A DNA stretch of 64,000 nt from Devosia sp. GTDB taxonomy: Bacteria > Pseudomonadota > Alphaproteobacteria > Rhizobiales > Devosiaceae. The notes beneath the pieces were generated by a model. That model did not search any database and was not told the DNA's origin. It saw only the letters and a program-made list of their open reading frames with translations. Where the stretch lies: contig NZ_DASZAW010000043.1 of assembly GCF_035944845.1 (NCBI RefSeq), positions 3,232 through 67,231 of the forward strand. Direction: 5' to 3'. The position numbers and the translations under genes were made by a program. Below, piece by piece: positions 62,982 to 64,000 of this stretch (position 1 is the first letter of the stretch; the number at the start of each line of letters is the position of its first letter).

Positions 62982-63965
62982 ATGCGCCTCGTTTCCTTCG
63001 AGCTCTCGACCGTCACCGGTCCCATAACCCGGATCGGCGCCGTGCTGCCGGATGGCCGCTACGCCGACCTGCAATCGGCCTATCGGGCAGTGCTGGGGGA
63101 TAACGGGGCGAGCCGGGAAGGGGCGGCGCGTCTTGCCGCCGCCACCATCCCCTCCGACATGGTGGCTTTCATCCAGAACGGGGTCACGGCGCTCGATGCG
63201 GCGCAGTCGGCGCTCGAGTGGGTGACGGCGAAGGCCGAGACCGGACCGGATGGCGCGACCCTGGTGTTCGCCCCCGGTGCGGTGAAGCTCCTGGCGCCGA
63301 TACCGCGCCCGCCACTGATCCGCGACTTCATGGCGTTCGAGACGCATTTGAAGAACATCTACCCCAAGCTCGGGCGGGAGATCCCGCCGCAGTGGTACGA
63401 GCTGCCGGTCTACTACAAGGGCAACCCCTCGGCGGTCGGCGCCGATGGCGACCCGGTGCCGATGCCGGTCTATGCCACGAACATGGATTTCGAGTTCGAA
63501 TTCGCGGCAGTAATCGGCAAGGGCGGCAGCAATATCCAGCGCGCCGACGCCGCGTCGCATATCTACGGCTACATGATCTACAACGACTTCAGCGCCCGCG
63601 AGATTCAGCAGCGCGAAATGTCGGTGGGTCTCGGGCCTGCCAAGGGCAAGGATTTCGAGAAGGGCCACGTGTTCGGCCCCTGGCTGGTGACGGCCGATGA
63701 GATTCCCGACATCTATTCGCTGCGGATGGAGGCGTCGGTCAACGGCCAACCCTGGTGCGATACCAGCACTTCGACGATGCACTGGCGCTTCGACCAGATG
63801 ATCGCCCATGCCTCGACGAACGAGATGCTGGTGGCGGGCGAGGTCTTCGGCAGCGGCACGGTGGGCGGCGGCTCGGCCGCCGAAATGGGCAAGTCGCTGG
63901 CGAGGGGCGATAAGGTGGTGCTCAGCATCGAACGGCTGGGTACGCTGAGCAACGCGATCGGGTAG
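62982..63965 (+). CDS. Fumarylacetoacetate hydrolase (FAH) family protein (2,4-diketo-3-deoxy-acid hydrolase-like)
   Basis: FAH core: IRDFMAFETH, ELPVYYKGN, DFEFEFAAVIGKG, YMIYNDFSAR, AKGKDF, GSGTVGGGS. Confidence 0.9.
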   Translation: MRLVSFELSTVTGPITRIGAVLPDGRYADLQSAYRAVLGDNGASREGAARLAAATIPSDMVAFIQNGVTALDAAQSALEWVTAKAETGPDGATLVFAPGAVKLLAPIPRPPLIRDFMAFETHLKNIYPKLGREIPPQWYELPVYYKGNPSAVGADGDPVPMPVYATNMDFEFEFAAVIGKGGSNIQRADAASHIYGYMIYNDFSAREIQQREMSVGLGPAKGKDFEKGHVFGPWLVTADEIPDIYSLRMEASVNGQPWCDTSTSTMHWRFDQMIAHASTNEMLVAGEVFGSGTVGGGSAAEMGKSLARGDKVVLSIERLGTLSNAIG

Positions 63966-63971
63966 GGCGCC

Positions 63972-64000
63972 GGTGTGCTTGGCTGCCCCTCACCCCCACC
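63972..64000. repeat. Family D element, copy D4 (left terminus only; truncated by the window edge)
   Basis: GGTGTGCTTGGCTGCCCCTCACCCCCACC matches the D2 and D3 termini. Confidence 0.7.

Noticed and set aside
2439-64000. Whether the dispersed repeats form a CRISPR array or are MITEs of an IS element
   Set aside because: Copies are scattered one per intergenic gap and are not tandem with unique spacers, so they are not a CRISPR array. There are no cas genes, no transposase gene and no obvious short target-site duplications in the window. REP/RIME-like is the better description, and the mobilisation mechanism is unknown.
1-64000. Search for tRNA, rRNA, riboswitches (including Moco upstream of the molybdoenzyme genes), prophage, toxin-antitoxin or defence-system genes
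   Set aside because: I could not recognise any. The intergenic regions are largely accounted for by palindromic repeats and short promoter tracts. Infernal/Rfam and defence-finder scans would be needed to be definitive.

Overview
High-GC (about 65%) chromosomal segment that looks alphaproteobacterial (Hyphomicrobiales/Rhizobiales-like gene content and repeat style); the taxon cannot be fixed from sequence alone. I call 56 protein-coding genes. I found no rRNA or tRNA genes, no transposase or integrase, no CRISPR array, no prophage genes and no recognisable defence genes. All family assignments come from reading motifs in the supplied translations; no searches were run.

The window is a mosaic of carbohydrate and sugar-acid catabolic modules:
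- 1-17 kb: a GH116 fragment, an orphan MalK-type ATPase, a secreted DUF4185 (GH183-like) protein and a GGDEF-EAL sensor. These are followed by a minus-strand module with an aldo/keto reductase, a peptide-type (family 5) ABC importer, an L-rhamnonate-dehydratase-like enolase, a cog3618 lactonase-like amidohydrolase, a mutarotase and an IclR regulator.
- 17-28 kb: a GST, an RraA-like protein, LacI, an amidohydrolase and an orphan 529-aa glycosidase-like protein, divergent from a Gfo/Idh/MocA gene, a CUT1 ABC transporter and a mutarotase-like gene.
- 28-31 kb: IclR with an AstE/AspA-family deacylase and a PLP-dependent dehydratase.
- 31-37.5 kb: a tightly coupled amino-sugar operon with an AgaS::ROK fusion, a GatZ/KbaZ homologue, a DUF5107 protein and a chimeric HTH_6::DeoRC regulator.
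- 37.9-43.2 kb: a cytoplasmic PaoABC-like molybdoenzyme with convergent XdhC and MocA maturation genes.
- 43.4-49.5 kb: GntR, an SGNH hydrolase, a CUT2-type ABC transporter and a beta-lactamase-fold hydrolase.
- 50.5-64 kb: a long oxidative sugar operon (CUT1 ABC, Gfo/Idh/MocA, VOC, enolase, amidohydrolase, ALDH, 2-hydroxyacid dehydrogenase, LLM oxidoreductase), then IclR, then ABM plus FAH-family genes.

Nearly every intergenic gap holds one of several families of nested palindromic (REP/RIME-like) elements. I count about 24 copies, roughly 2.8 kb or about 4% of the window.

The most interesting observations:
- The amino-sugar operon lacks an aldolase and carries two unusual domain architectures.
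- Hairpin covariation in repeat family A, and its position at the junctions between binding-protein and permease genes.
- A core-inverted mosaic between two family B copies.
- A 31-nt junction duplication around a repeat insertion that keeps translational coupling intact.
- A 22-nt operator-like palindrome shared by the two operons flanking an IclR gene.
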